Below are positions 36,609 to 46,000 of a DNA stretch of 62,375 nucleotides, in pieces; positions within the stretch are counted from its first letter, which is position 1; the number at the start of each line of letters is the position of its first letter. The DNA comes from a virus (taxonomy: Duplodnaviria; Caudoviricetes). The notes under the pieces were generated by a model that made no database searches, was not told the DNA's origin, and was given only the letters and a program-made list of their open reading frames with translations. The stretch spans positions 1-62,375 of the IMG/VR virus record IMGVR_UViG_3300023079_000004; one strand, written 5' to 3'. The position numbers and the translations under genes are program-made.

Positions 36609-36811
36609 TGACCAACCCCGACGAGCAGGCTCGGCGTGCAGCCGATGCGCTGGGCCTGCTCATGCGGGGCTACACGCCCGAGCAGGTCGAGAGGGTACTC
36701 GCGGGTACCCTCCCGCACCCTGACGAGCCTACGGCCCTTTCAGACCCGACCAACGTACTGTTCCAGGAGGTGAGCACCGATGGCACAACCGACAGCGCGC
36801 GGTCCCGTTGA
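36608..36811 (+). CDS. Hypothetical protein
   Basis: TAGTG coupling. Confidence 0.55.
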   Translation: MTNPDEQARRAADALGLLMRGYTPEQVERVLAGTLPHPDEPTALSDPTNVLFQEVSTDGTTDSARSR

Positions 36812-36992
36812 CATCATGGGCGTCACGACCCGCAAGAACACCAGCGAGCATCGCCGATGCGAGAGCTGCACGCACAAGATCGACGTCGGTGTGCGGTACG
36901 AGCGGGTGGCCCGCACGACGCAGAAGATCGAGAGCTACCACTCCGGCTGCTTCGAGTACGAGTTCGGGGAGCGGAGGCTGTACGGTGACTAA
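36780..36992 (+). CDS. Small zinc-finger protein
   Basis: AGGAGGTG RBS; H.CESC...I..G..Y...H..C. Confidence 0.75.
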   Translation: MAQPTARGPVDIMGVTTRKNTSEHRRCESCTHKIDVGVRYERVARTTQKIESYHSGCFEYEFGERRLYGD

Positions 36993-37593
36993 CTGGCTGG
37001 CCGACCCGGAGGCGTGTGTCATCCGGCTCAAGAACGAAAGTGGGTGCATCATCTTGGCGGGAAGGAACGAGATCTTGAGCCGGAGCACCGTGGTTCACCG
37101 ACAGGAGACGCCGGAGGGGGTCCGCTACGAGTGGGGTCACATGGCGGTCGAGGTCAAGGGGAAGGCGGGCGAGCAGCGCATGATGCGCCCGACCACCAGT
37201 GATCAGGTGGGCAAAGTGACCACCACGACCGGTACGGACTGGCTCCTCCCGGAGCATGCCAACGTCATGAGCGACCTTCTGCGTGCGGCGTACGTGAACG
37301 CGCCCGGGACGTGCGGCGGCAAGACCATGCTCGAGCTCTTCTGGGAGGAGCTCATGACCGTGTACGAGCGCCTGATGACCGGTCAGGAAGCCGAGGACGA
37401 CGTCGGCATCGCACAGGGCGTCGCCTACTGCATCGCGGTGGCCTGCAACCCGTACCGTCCGGACATCGACGCGGTTCGCGCGCAGGCGGCGGAGCGGTGG
37501 GAGGCGATGGAGCAGGAGGAGGCCCAGCCCCCGAAGCCGACGCGTACCGAGAGCGCTCGCGCAGCAAGGAGGCGGCTCCGTGCCGGTCGCTAG
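36985..37593 (+). CDS. Hypothetical protein
   Basis: GGAGG RBS; 3' part of ORF 36808-37593. Confidence 0.75.
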   Translation: MTNWLADPEACVIRLKNESGCIILAGRNEILSRSTVVHRQETPEGVRYEWGHMAVEVKGKAGEQRMMRPTTSDQVGKVTTTTGTDWLLPEHANVMSDLLRAAYVNAPGTCGGKTMLELFWEELMTVYERLMTGQEAEDDVGIAQGVAYCIAVACNPYRPDIDAVRAQAAERWEAMEQEEAQPPKPTRTESARAARRRLRAGR

Positions 37594-37795
37594 GGACTAT
37601 CGCGTGGCCACCCGGCCTGTGCCGGAGGGGAAGACAGGAGTGCGAGTCCCGGGGCACGGCCTGCGCCTGTGGTCTATCGGTACGACGCCGATGACCGCGA
37701 GCAATGCGCGGTCCGTGGCGAAGCAGCTCAACAGCACGTACCCGGAGTACGAACACGTAGCCGTGAAGGTTGACAAGGAGGGAAACCCACTGTGA
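37580..37795 (+). CDS. Hypothetical protein
   Basis: AAGGAGG RBS. Confidence 0.65.
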   Translation: MPVARDYRVATRPVPEGKTGVRVPGHGLRLWSIGTTPMTASNARSVAKQLNSTYPEYEHVAVKVDKEGNPL

Positions 37796-38010
37796 TCACA
37801 GACCACGCGTACGACAGCGGTCCACAGAATACCCACGGCCTGTGCATTGCGTGGGTGGAAGAGGGCTACGACGGTCCACAGACATGCGGCGAGCCGCGCG
37901 ACGCGCACGAGCGGAGCGAGTACGACCGCAACCCCGGCGACATGCACGAGCCCAAGCCGTACACCGGTGAGCTCGAATGGTCCGATGACTTGCACCCGTT
38001 CGTCGACTGA
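37792..38010 (+). CDS. Stand-alone H-C-C-H module protein
   Basis: AAGGAGG RBS; HAY...C...CGEPRDAH. Confidence 0.7.
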   Translation: MITDHAYDSGPQNTHGLCIAWVEEGYDGPQTCGEPRDAHERSEYDRNPGDMHEPKPYTGELEWSDDLHPFVD

Positions 38011-38044
38011 CGTAGGGTGAACGTAGCAACCACTACCCGGGAGG
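37990..38044 (+). promoter_or_regulatory. Repeated promoter + leader, copy 9
   Basis: TTGCAC-17-TAGGGT; CCACTACCCGGGAGG. Confidence 0.7.
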
Positions 38045-38049
38045 GTGAC

Positions 38050-38340
38050 ATGAACGACATCGTCGGTAACGTCGCACAGGAGCTGGCCGACTACCTCGAC
38101 GACCTACGGGACACCGGAGTTGGCGTCACCAACTACGACGCCGAGGACGCCGACGACCTGGGCGGCGACGTGGGCCACAAGATCACCGAGGTGGGGGACG
38201 CCGAGCTGAACCCGGGAACCAACACCGTTAGCTTCTTCGCCGTGGTCGGCGGCAAGCGCATGTGGGTGACGGTGGGCGAGGTCCTGGCACCGCTGGCCGA
38301 TCAGGTCACTGACCGACCGAACCTGTGGGAGGACAAGTGA
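38050..38340 (+). CDS. Acidic hypothetical protein
   Basis: Follows the leader motif. Confidence 0.75.
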   Translation: MNDIVGNVAQELADYLDDLRDTGVGVTNYDAEDADDLGGDVGHKITEVGDAELNPGTNTVSFFAVVGGKRMWVTVGEVLAPLADQVTDRPNLWEDK

Positions 38341-39041
38341 GCCGGAGCGAGCTGCGACGCCAGCGGCGCGCCAAGCTGGCTGCCCAGCAGGTCGAGCACA
38401 TCGTCGAGGAGGCCACCGCACGGGTGGTCAACCGCCGCAGGGTGCCCCCGGACGACCCCACCCCACCCTCCTCTTCGCAGGAGGCCACCCCGGCACAGGT
38501 GAAGGAGATGCGCGACGGCAAGGGAATGAGCTGGATGGCTATCGGTGCAGCCCTGGGGCTGCCGGGGGCCAAGAACGGCGCTGGTACCGCACGCAGGCTG
38601 TACGCGCAGGCCAACGGAGGCATCGTGCCTCGGACGCACGCGCCCCGTAAGGGCACTCGACCGAAGCCCGTCACCCCGGGTAGCGTGGGCACCATCACGG
38701 ATCGCAAGATCCAACTCGTCACCCAGGGCCACGTCATCCCGCGCGACATGCCGGACGAGGAGGTCGAAGCCCTCCTGCGCGGGCGGACGGTGGTCTGGGC
38801 GATCGACCTCGCGCGCTTGACCCACACCGACCCCGACACCTGGGGTCCCGAGGACAAGCGGTGGGTCGAGCAGGAGGCCCGTGTGCACCCGGACGACAAG
38901 TGGGTGTTCGTCGGCGAAGAGGACCGCGAGGGCAACCGGCTGGTGCGGTTCCGGGAGTACTTGGGGCGCGACCAGCACGGTAAGCTGATGGCTGGCCCCA
39001 CTCGTACGGTGAGAGTGGACGCCATCTTCACCATCAGATAA
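38337..39041 (+). CDS. HTH-containing protein
   Basis: MRDGKGMSWMAIGAALG. Confidence 0.7.
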   Translation: MSRSELRRQRRAKLAAQQVEHIVEEATARVVNRRRVPPDDPTPPSSSQEATPAQVKEMRDGKGMSWMAIGAALGLPGAKNGAGTARRLYAQANGGIVPRTHAPRKGTRPKPVTPGSVGTITDRKIQLVTQGHVIPRDMPDEEVEALLRGRTVVWAIDLARLTHTDPDTWGPEDKRWVEQEARVHPDDKWVFVGEEDREGNRLVRFREYLGRDQHGKLMAGPTRTVRVDAIFTIR

Positions 39042-39062
39042 GACGCGATGGCGTGCTCTCAG

Positions 39063-39095
39063 TGATAAGCTGAGGGCACACCACTACCCGGGAGG
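39063..39095 (+). promoter_or_regulatory. Extended -10 + leader, copy 10
   Basis: TGaTAAGCT; CCACTACCCGGGAGG before the helicase. Confidence 0.65.
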
Positions 39096-39099
39096 GGTC

Positions 39100-40989
39100 A
39101 TGCGGCTCGAGGCACACAAGGCGGGCGAGAAACTACTGCTCAAAGTGCACGCGAGGAACTACCACGAGGCGAGCAGCATTCGTCAGGCGGTACGTGGCAG
39201 CCGTTTCTCGAGCAAGCTGACCGACCGAGACGAAGGCGTCTTCGGGTTCCTGTACCCCCTGAGCACCGACATCTGTCGCCAGATGCGCGAGGAGTGGGGC
39301 AAGGCGCTCAAGGTGCACAAGGACCTGAGCGCGTGGTACCGCATCGCGGCGCGCGACAGGGCGGCACAGGTCTCCCTGTCTTCGAAGAAGGACGCCGAGC
39401 TGGTCCGCCTGCCACAGCGGTACCCCGAGTTCAACGCATGGCTGAAGGGTGACCAGCGCGTCACGGCCAAGTGGATGGCCAATCTGTACCGCGACGGCGG
39501 CGTCATCGCTGACGAGATGGGCACCGGCAAGACGGCCGGTGTTGTGGCTGGTCTCATCGAGCGTGGCGTTACCGGCAACGTTCTCATCGTGTGCCCGCGT
39601 GTCAGTGTGAAAGCCGTGTGGGGCAAGGAGTTCGCCCAGCACGCTCCCGACGTGCCGGTGTTCCTCTGCCAGGGCAAGCGCAAGCCCCGTACGGCGGCTA
39701 TCGAAGCCTTCGCGGAGGCGCAGGGAGACCTCGCCGTCCTGGTCATCGTGGCAGAGATGCTGCGAGCCAACGTGCGCAAGGAGTACGGCCGGGTGGCCGA
39801 GGTCCTCAGCTACCAGTACCCGCAGCTCTTCGAGTTCGACTGGGATGCCGTCATCATTGACGAGAGCCAGAAGGTGCTCGGCAGCATGGACGTCGTCAAG
39901 GGCAACAGCACCAGCGAGGGGCTCAAGGCGCTCGTCTACACCCCCGGTGCCATGCGGCTGGCCGTCAGCGCTACGCCCTTCGGCAAGGGCGGCCGTATCG
40001 AGGCGATGTTCGGCACCCTGCATTGGGTCTGGCCCGATGAGTTCTCGAGCAAGTGGGCGTGGCTCGAGCGCTTCTTCACGGTGGTCGACGATCAGGTCTT
40101 CGTGAAGGGCGGTGGCGGTGCCAAGAAGACCGTCAAGCGTGTCCAGGAGGCCTCCGCCGAGCAGGAGAAGAAGTTCTGGGACAGCATCGGCCCGCGCATC
40201 CTGCGCCGCACTCTGGAGGAGGTCAGCCCCGAGCATGCCGGACTGAAGAACTTCACCGAGGTCCTGTGCGACATGGGCACCGCACAGGCGAAGCAGTACC
40301 GGGAGTTCGCCCAGCACGGTGAGCTCGCTGTTGACGGCGGCATCATCACCTCTGTCGGCACACTCGACTTCATGACCCGCTGCCGCCAGTTTGCCAACGG
40401 CGTCCTGCGGAAGGAGGGCGGGCGGGTCGTCTACACCGGCGAGAGCGCCAAGCTGGACCGGCTAGCCATCATCCTGGAGAAGTGGCGTGGCCGTAAGGTC
40501 GTCATCTCCAGTCAGTACAACGAGTTTCTGGACGTCGTCGAGGAGCGGTTGCTGAAGGAGGGGTACTGGACGGACTATGCCGGGTACCCCACGACGCACC
40601 GCAACGGCAACTTCGTGCGGCTGGACGGTAGCACCAGCGACGGCAAGCGGGACGCGCTCATGCACATGTTCCAGGAGGACCCCAACGGCCCGACCGTGTT
40701 CCTGCTCAACGGGCAGGCCGGTGGTGTCAGCATCACGCTCGATGCCGCCGACGCCATGTTCTGCCTGGACGAGATGTACCCGCCGGAGGCCAACACGCAG
40801 CTCTACGGGCGCATCTTCCGCCGGAGTCGGGTGCACGAGGTGGTCTACTATCTCTTCCGGAGCATCGGCACTATCGAAGAGAAGATCGGTTACAACGTTG
40901 GTGAGGGCCACGCCCGCCAGATCCGGGCTCTTGACGGTCGACGTGGTCTTGCCTACGCGCGCACACTGGCCCGGTACGAGGAGGAGTGA
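39100..40989 (+). CDS. SNF2-like SF2 helicase
   Basis: ADEMGTGKT, IIDESQ, SATP, GGVSITL and QLYGRIFR. Confidence 0.92.
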   Translation: MRLEAHKAGEKLLLKVHARNYHEASSIRQAVRGSRFSSKLTDRDEGVFGFLYPLSTDICRQMREEWGKALKVHKDLSAWYRIAARDRAAQVSLSSKKDAELVRLPQRYPEFNAWLKGDQRVTAKWMANLYRDGGVIADEMGTGKTAGVVAGLIERGVTGNVLIVCPRVSVKAVWGKEFAQHAPDVPVFLCQGKRKPRTAAIEAFAEAQGDLAVLVIVAEMLRANVRKEYGRVAEVLSYQYPQLFEFDWDAVIIDESQKVLGSMDVVKGNSTSEGLKALVYTPGAMRLAVSATPFGKGGRIEAMFGTLHWVWPDEFSSKWAWLERFFTVVDDQVFVKGGGGAKKTVKRVQEASAEQEKKFWDSIGPRILRRTLEEVSPEHAGLKNFTEVLCDMGTAQAKQYREFAQHGELAVDGGIITSVGTLDFMTRCRQFANGVLRKEGGRVVYTGESAKLDRLAIILEKWRGRKVVISSQYNEFLDVVEERLLKEGYWTDYAGYPTTHRNGNFVRLDGSTSDGKRDALMHMFQEDPNGPTVFLLNGQAGGVSITLDAADAMFCLDEMYPPEANTQLYGRIFRRSRVHEVVYYLFRSIGTIEEKIGYNVGEGHARQIRALDGRRGLAYARTLARYEEE

Positions 40990-41303
40990 TGCAGTACCAA
41001 GAACGCATTCAGCAGTTGCGCCGCAGGCTCCGGCATGCCGTGGAGCGGGCCGAAGCCGCCGACGCCAAGTGGAACCGGCTGAACGACACCCTGGACCAGC
41101 GTATCGAGGCAACGGACGCCTCCCGCGCTCGGAGCAGGCGACCGCCGCTCACGGACTTCGCCAAAGTGCAGCTCAAGAACGAGAACCTGGAGCTGGCCGA
41201 CGCCTTCGGCGTTCAGTCGTGGTGGCGTACGCAGGCGCAGTACTACGCCAGCGCTATTCTCGCCGAGCAGGCCGCCTACGACATCCTCGGGGGTGCGGAG
41301 TGA
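40986..41303 (+). CDS. Hypothetical protein
   Basis: GAGGAGG RBS; coupled. Confidence 0.7.
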   Translation: MMQYQERIQQLRRRLRHAVERAEAADAKWNRLNDTLDQRIEATDASRARSRRPPLTDFAKVQLKNENLELADAFGVQSWWRTQAQYYASAILAEQAAYDILGGAE

Positions 41304-41602
41304 CCATCTTCCTGGCCCTCGCGGTGTTCGTTCTCGGCTTCGTCGCGGTCGCACAGGGCTCGGCTCTGCGCGGGCATCGGCGGTACGCCGACCCGCAACT
41401 GCACTCCGGCTGGTGGGAGCTCAAGCAGCGGTTCAGCAACACGACCGTCTACCGGGCGCGGTACATGCCGGGCGCGCTGCCGGACACGAGCCCCGGGCAC
41501 ACTCATCGACCGCACGAGTGCACCATCACCGACGGTCTCATTCACCTCGACAAGTGTGCCTGCGGGGCCGAGCGTAGCGGGGTGTACGGCGCATGGGCGT
41601 AG
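41300..41602 (+). CDS. Membrane-anchored protein with His/Cys motif
   Basis: N-terminal TM; H.PHEC...CACG. Confidence 0.6.
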   Translation: MTIFLALAVFVLGFVAVAQGSALRGHRRYADPQLHSGWWELKQRFSNTTVYRARYMPGALPDTSPGHTHRPHECTITDGLIHLDKCACGAERSGVYGAWA

Positions 41603-41669
41603 GTGAGATCCTGGTGCTGGGCTTGATCTTCTTCTGCCTGGGCTATTGGTGCGGCGGAGGGCTAGACCG

Positions 41670-41993
41670 ATGACGCTAGCAGCGGCGTATCTGGCGGGCC
41701 TGTTCACGACGCCAGCGGCCTACCTGGGGGTCGTGGCGGGCCTCCGGTGGTGGGCACGTCTGCGTCGCTCTGAGGCCCGCTCAGAGGCCGAGTGGCCCGA
41801 ACGCGAGGTGACGGACGTCACGTTCGAGCAGAGACCGCGCTGCGGCTACTGCGACTGGTGCCGCATGGGTGGGATGTTCTGCCGCGCTCAGCAACTCCCT
41901 CCCGCCCCTCCTGCGCAGGACGACATCACGGTGTCCCGCGTTCGGTTCAGCGGCAAGCCGAGTCGAGTGCATCACCGGCGCAATGGAAGATAG
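41670..41993 (+). CDS. Membrane-anchored protein with CxxCxxC motif
   Basis: GGAGG RBS; TM; CGYCDWC...C. Confidence 0.55.
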   Translation: MTLAAAYLAGLFTTPAAYLGVVAGLRWWARLRRSEARSEAEWPEREVTDVTFEQRPRCGYCDWCRMGGMFCRAQQLPPAPPAQDDITVSRVRFSGKPSRVHHRRNGR

Positions 41994-42073
41994 AAAGACC
42001 GAGAAAACATTACCGCCCTGCGGTATCGCCTGACATGATGGTCAGGTCGCAAGAACAAACCCGCTAAGGAGAA

Positions 42074-42595
42074 GTGATCAACATGCCCGCACGTTCCCGC
42101 AAGGTCGCACCGGCCCCGGCCCCGGAGCCGGAGCCCGAGGTCCAGGAGACCGCCAGTTCGAAGCGGGGTCCGAGTGCGCTGACCCTCGCGCACGCCGCGT
42201 GGCTGAAGGCCGAGTACGGTGTCGACGCCGACCCGGAGGTCGTGTACCTCGCGCAGACCACCCGGCGGGAGTTCCGCGCCAGCGAGTCCTACGAGAAGGC
42301 CCTCGCCGAGCAGGAGACCGAGCGCGAGCAGGCCGCCGCCGCCCGCGAAGAGCGGCGCGCGCAGCGTGAGCAGGCCGCCGCCGAGCAGGAGGCCCCCGCC
42401 GAGGAGGCCCCCGCGCCCCGGTCGCGGCGTTCGCGGGCGAAGGCGGCCCCGGAGCCGGAGGCCACCCCGGAACCGGCCCCGAAGCCGACGCGCTCGCGTC
42501 GGGCCAAGACCACCCCCGCGGCCGAGACCGAGACGGCGGAAGCGGCAACCCCCGTCGCCACGAGCCGCCGGTCGGGTCGCAAGTCCCCGTTCTGA
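42074..42595 (+). CDS. Ala/Pro/Arg/Glu-rich protein, possibly nucleoid-binding
   Basis: TAAGGAG RBS; strongly biased codons; RSRR repeats. Confidence 0.75.
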   Translation: MINMPARSRKVAPAPAPEPEPEVQETASSKRGPSALTLAHAAWLKAEYGVDADPEVVYLAQTTRREFRASESYEKALAEQETEREQAAAAREERRAQREQAAAEQEAPAEEAPAPRSRRSRAKAAPEPEATPEPAPKPTRSRRAKTTPAAETETAEAATPVATSRRSGRKSPF

Positions 42596-42652
42596 GGTCC
42601 GGCAGAACGAGGGACCTGGGGAGCTCGCTGAGGGCGTCGGCGAGCTCCTCGG

Positions 42653-42751
42653 GGCGGGTTAGCTCAGTTGGCAGAGCACCGGGTATGGCTTCTATTCCTT
42701 CCCCGTAGTAGGAGTCACCGGAGGTCGCGGGTTCAAGTCCTGCACCCGCCA
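42653..42751 (+). ncRNA. tRNA-like RNA 1 with extended anticodon arm (no assignable anticodon)
   Basis: Acceptor GGCGGGT/ACCCGCC; D arm GCTC-AGTTGGCA-GAGC; variable AGGTC; T arm GCGGG-TTCAAGT-CCTGC; 26 extra nt in the anticodon arm. Confidence 0.8.
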
Positions 42752-42945
42752 CGTAACAGCAGGAGACAGGTAAGGGAGCGATGGGGCTGCTGGCCCTGCC
42801 TCCGTGACTGTTGCCGGGGCACCCACGGTCTGGTGCGTTGCAGGGGGAGCGGGCTTCGTCAGGAGGCTCCTTCCACGGGTCTGGGGCACACCGCCCCTCC
42901 CGCTTCCCCTGCTCCCTCATCCACACACGCAGAGAGAAGGCTGCC

Positions 42946-44097
42946 GTGTCGGAGCTCCACGTCCCTATGATTCGCACGAGCGAACGGGGAGACTTCAAGC
43001 ATTGCCAGTGGTATTGGTGGCACCACTGGCAGAACGGCCTCACCACACCTCGCGTCCCGACGTGGAGCTGGTTCGGCACGGCGTGGCACTACGCGCAAGA
43101 GAAGCGTTACCCGCCGGGGACCAAGCGTGGCTCTCTCGCTGACGTCATCGACGCCTTCGTCGAGAAGTGTGACGAAGAGCACCGGATGGTGTACGAGAAG
43201 GGTGGGGACCTCGACCAGGAAGAGGCCCACGACGGCATCGAGCTCGGCAAGGCCATGCTGGTCGCCTATGTCAAGCACTGGGGCGAAGACAAGCAGTGGC
43301 AAGTCATCCACACGGAACAGCCCTTCCAGATTGACGTTCGGCACCCTACCAGCGGTCGACTGATCGCCGTGTACTGCGGGACGTGGGATCTGTTCGTCTG
43401 GGACAGATTCGACCGGGTGTACCGCCTCGTGGACCACAAGACCCGCGCCAGCTTCCTGCGGGACTGGTCGCACTTCGAGGTGCTGGACCAGCCGGGCTCG
43501 TATCTGTGGGTGGCCCCCGAGGTGCTGGTGCACCTGGGACTCCTGAACAAGAAGGACGCCATCGACGGCATCACGTTCAACATGGCGCGCAAGGCCATGC
43601 CACAGGCGGTGGCCGAAGACGGCATCAAGTACACACAGCCCAAGAAGAGCGACTTCGTTGCGGCCATCACACAGGCTACCGGTCTCGTAGAGAGCGGGGG
43701 CAAGCCGTTTGACAAGCACACGCTGAAGAGCCTGGCCCTGCAAGCGAAGACCCTCGGCCTGGACGTCAAGGGCAAGCCGTACACCACTCAGCCCGCACCG
43801 AGCTTCGCGCGCTACACCACGCGACGCGGCCCCGGAGAGCGCGTGCGGCAGGCTCAGAAGGTGATTGGCGAGGCCCGACACATGGAAGCCGTGCGTCGAG
43901 GCAAGCTCCCTCTCATGAAGAACACGGGCGAGCACTGTAGCCGGTGTCCACTGTTCGACTTCTGCATGCTGGACGAGCAGGACAAGGACCGCGCGCAGGA
44001 GTACGCGGCTACTATGCTGGTCAAGCGGGATCCGTACGCCGACCATCGCGAAGCTATGGAGACCAAGGGTGGCATCATCGTGGAGGGAGACGAGTGA
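42946..44097 (+). CDS. PD-(D/E)XK Cas4/RecB-like exonuclease
   Basis: SE..DFKHC, FGTAWH, TEQPF, GTWD, VDHKT and C..C....C. Confidence 0.88.
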   Translation: MSELHVPMIRTSERGDFKHCQWYWWHHWQNGLTTPRVPTWSWFGTAWHYAQEKRYPPGTKRGSLADVIDAFVEKCDEEHRMVYEKGGDLDQEEAHDGIELGKAMLVAYVKHWGEDKQWQVIHTEQPFQIDVRHPTSGRLIAVYCGTWDLFVWDRFDRVYRLVDHKTRASFLRDWSHFEVLDQPGSYLWVAPEVLVHLGLLNKKDAIDGITFNMARKAMPQAVAEDGIKYTQPKKSDFVAAITQATGLVESGGKPFDKHTLKSLALQAKTLGLDVKGKPYTTQPAPSFARYTTRRGPGERVRQAQKVIGEARHMEAVRRGKLPLMKNTGEHCSRCPLFDFCMLDEQDKDRAQEYAATMLVKRDPYADHREAMETKGGIIVEGDE

Positions 44098-44945
44098 CGG
44101 TTCGACAAGCACGGCAGAGGGCATCCTCGGGGGCGAGCGCCAGACCCTCCCCGGCCGTCCGCAGGCCGCAGGCCATCACCAGCTTGCAGGACCTCGAAGC
44201 GCCCCGGTACCGCAAGTGGTGCGTGTACGGGGAGAGCGGCAGCGACGTCGGTAAGACGGTGCTGGCCGGTACGGCACCTAAGGCGCTGTTCCTCAGCACG
44301 GACGTTGAGGGCACCGAGAGCGCGCGCATGATGGGGAGCGCAGCAGACGAGTTGCGCATCAACACGTTCCAGGAGTTCTGCGACGCAGTGGACTGGCTCT
44401 CCCGGGGCGGTGGGCACGCCGAGTACGAGTGGGTCATGCCGGACACTGTCACCGAGCTCGAGGAGCTCTGCTGGCAGGCGCAGCTCGTGAGCGACGACGT
44501 CAAGCGGGCCAGTAAGTACCAGCCGAACAAGGCGGACTACCCGCTCGTCTGGGCCAAGCTCTACGAGCAACTGAGCATCCTGGGCCGAACACCGGTGAAC
44601 GTGCTCTACATCGCGCACACCATGCGCATCGACCGCGAAGATGAAGACGCGGAGGAGACGGTCACGCTGGCCATGCCTGCGCTCGGCAGCCGTAAGCGTG
44701 GCGACCTCGCCGCCAAGTTCATCGCTCAGTTGGGCATGGTGGGCTACATGCGCAAGGTGCGAGACGACGAGGGCAAGGTGGCTCGCCAACTGCTCACGGA
44801 GAGCACCAACCGATGGGTTGCCCGCGACCGTTCCACTAAGCTTGGGAGCGGCATGACGAACCCCACAATGCCCGCACTGCTGGCTAAGGTTAGCGGGGCC
44901 AGCACCACGACAACCCGACCGGCGCGACGTCGGCGGGCGAGTTAG
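44094..44945 (+). CDS. AAA_24 / Sak4-like ATPase
   Basis: YGESGSDVGKT, DTVTEL, YIAH and ARDR. Confidence 0.85.
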   Translation: MTVRQARQRASSGASARPSPAVRRPQAITSLQDLEAPRYRKWCVYGESGSDVGKTVLAGTAPKALFLSTDVEGTESARMMGSAADELRINTFQEFCDAVDWLSRGGGHAEYEWVMPDTVTELEELCWQAQLVSDDVKRASKYQPNKADYPLVWAKLYEQLSILGRTPVNVLYIAHTMRIDREDEDAEETVTLAMPALGSRKRGDLAAKFIAQLGMVGYMRKVRDDEGKVARQLLTESTNRWVARDRSTKLGSGMTNPTMPALLAKVSGASTTTTRPARRRRAS

Positions 44946-44953
44946 GAGAAGAA

Positions 44954-45823
44954 GTGGCTAAGAGGACCGTCAGTTTCAGCGACTACAAGGAACCGACCTG
45001 GGAGGAGTACACCGGGGAGGACCCGCCGCCCAACAAGTGGTTCACCGGCCGCGTCAACCGGGCGCGCTACGACAAGGACGACGACCAGGTCGTCTTCATC
45101 GTGGAGATCACCGAGGGCGACTACAAGGGCTGGGGCCGCGGCTGGTACGCCCCGTTCGAGGGCAACCTCAAGTGGAAGATGCACGAGATCCTGCGTGCGC
45201 TCCAGGGCGGCAAGACGACCGACGTGAGCCTCGACTGGGAGAACGACACGGCCGTCGCCAACTTCCTCAAGAAGTGCAAGGCCATCCGGTTCCGCACCGA
45301 GGAGTACAACGACCGCATCTCCATCCGGAAGGTCAGCCCGCTGCTGACGGCCGTGCCGGGCGGCACCGACGCGCCAAAGGTGGCACCGGAACCCGAGCTC
45401 GACGATCCGGAGGACGGCGGCGACGAGCCGTACACCGAGGAGGAGCTCTCCGACATGGGGGTCGGCGAACTCGAGGAGATCTTGGTCGAGGAGTTCGAGG
45501 TGCCGAAGGGCGACCTCCCCGCCAAGCCCCGCCGAGACCCGAAGGGCGAGAAGTACAAGGCGGCCCTCATCGAGGAGATCCTCGCGGAGCAGGAGGGTGA
45601 CGAGGGTTCCGAGGACGGCGAGGCCGACGAAGAGGAGCCCGAGGGCGAGGGTGACGAGTTCGACACCGGCTTCGACGAAGACGAGGCCGACGACGAAGAG
45701 GGCGAGCCGGAGCCGGAGCCGGAACCCGAACCGGCACCGCGTGCCCGACGGAGCCGTGCCGCGAAGGCGGCCCCGGCACCCGCGAAAGCGGCCAGCACCA
45801 CGACGCGACGGCGTCGGGGCTAG
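44954..45823 (+). CDS. Putative ssDNA-binding protein with long acidic tail
   Basis: Follows the exonuclease and AAA genes; N-terminal OB-like (EITEGDYKG) region; D/E-rich then basic tail. Confidence 0.6.
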   Translation: MAKRTVSFSDYKEPTWEEYTGEDPPPNKWFTGRVNRARYDKDDDQVVFIVEITEGDYKGWGRGWYAPFEGNLKWKMHEILRALQGGKTTDVSLDWENDTAVANFLKKCKAIRFRTEEYNDRISIRKVSPLLTAVPGGTDAPKVAPEPELDDPEDGGDEPYTEEELSDMGVGELEEILVEEFEVPKGDLPAKPRRDPKGEKYKAALIEEILAEQEGDEGSEDGEADEEEPEGEGDEFDTGFDEDEADDEEGEPEPEPEPEPAPRARRSRAAKAAPAPAKAASTTTRRRRG

Positions 45824-45829
45824 CTGGTC

Positions 45830-46000
45830 GGGGATGCGACCAATGGAGCCCCCTCGGAAGGCTGGGGAGGTCGCATCCCTTGTGATGGCGAGGGAGAGCC
45901 AGTACGCCGAACGGTCGCTAGACCCGGGTCCCTAGTAAGGACAGTACGTCTCCCGAACCACGTGCGGAGGGGTCGATCGAGGAAACTCGGTCGGCCCCTC
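45830..46000 (+). ncRNA. Candidate structured non-coding element
   Basis: GGGATGCGACC/GGTCGCATCCC stem with inner hairpin; GAGGGGTCGATCGAG-GAAA-CTCGGTCGGCCCCTC hairpin. Confidence 0.4.

Noticed and set aside
30203-39095. Repeated motifs as a CRISPR array or integron attC sites
   Set aside because: Spacing is gene-sized and irregular, the repeats are promoter/SD-like, and no cas1/cas2 or integrase is present. The Cas4-like nuclease sits in a recombination module.
42653-42751. Calling this a normal tRNA (Pro-TGG or Asp-GTC) with an intron
   Set aside because: No register gives a canonical 7-nt loop with U33, the insert is too short for a group I intron, and there is no clear bulge-helix-bulge. 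Kept as tRNA-like only.
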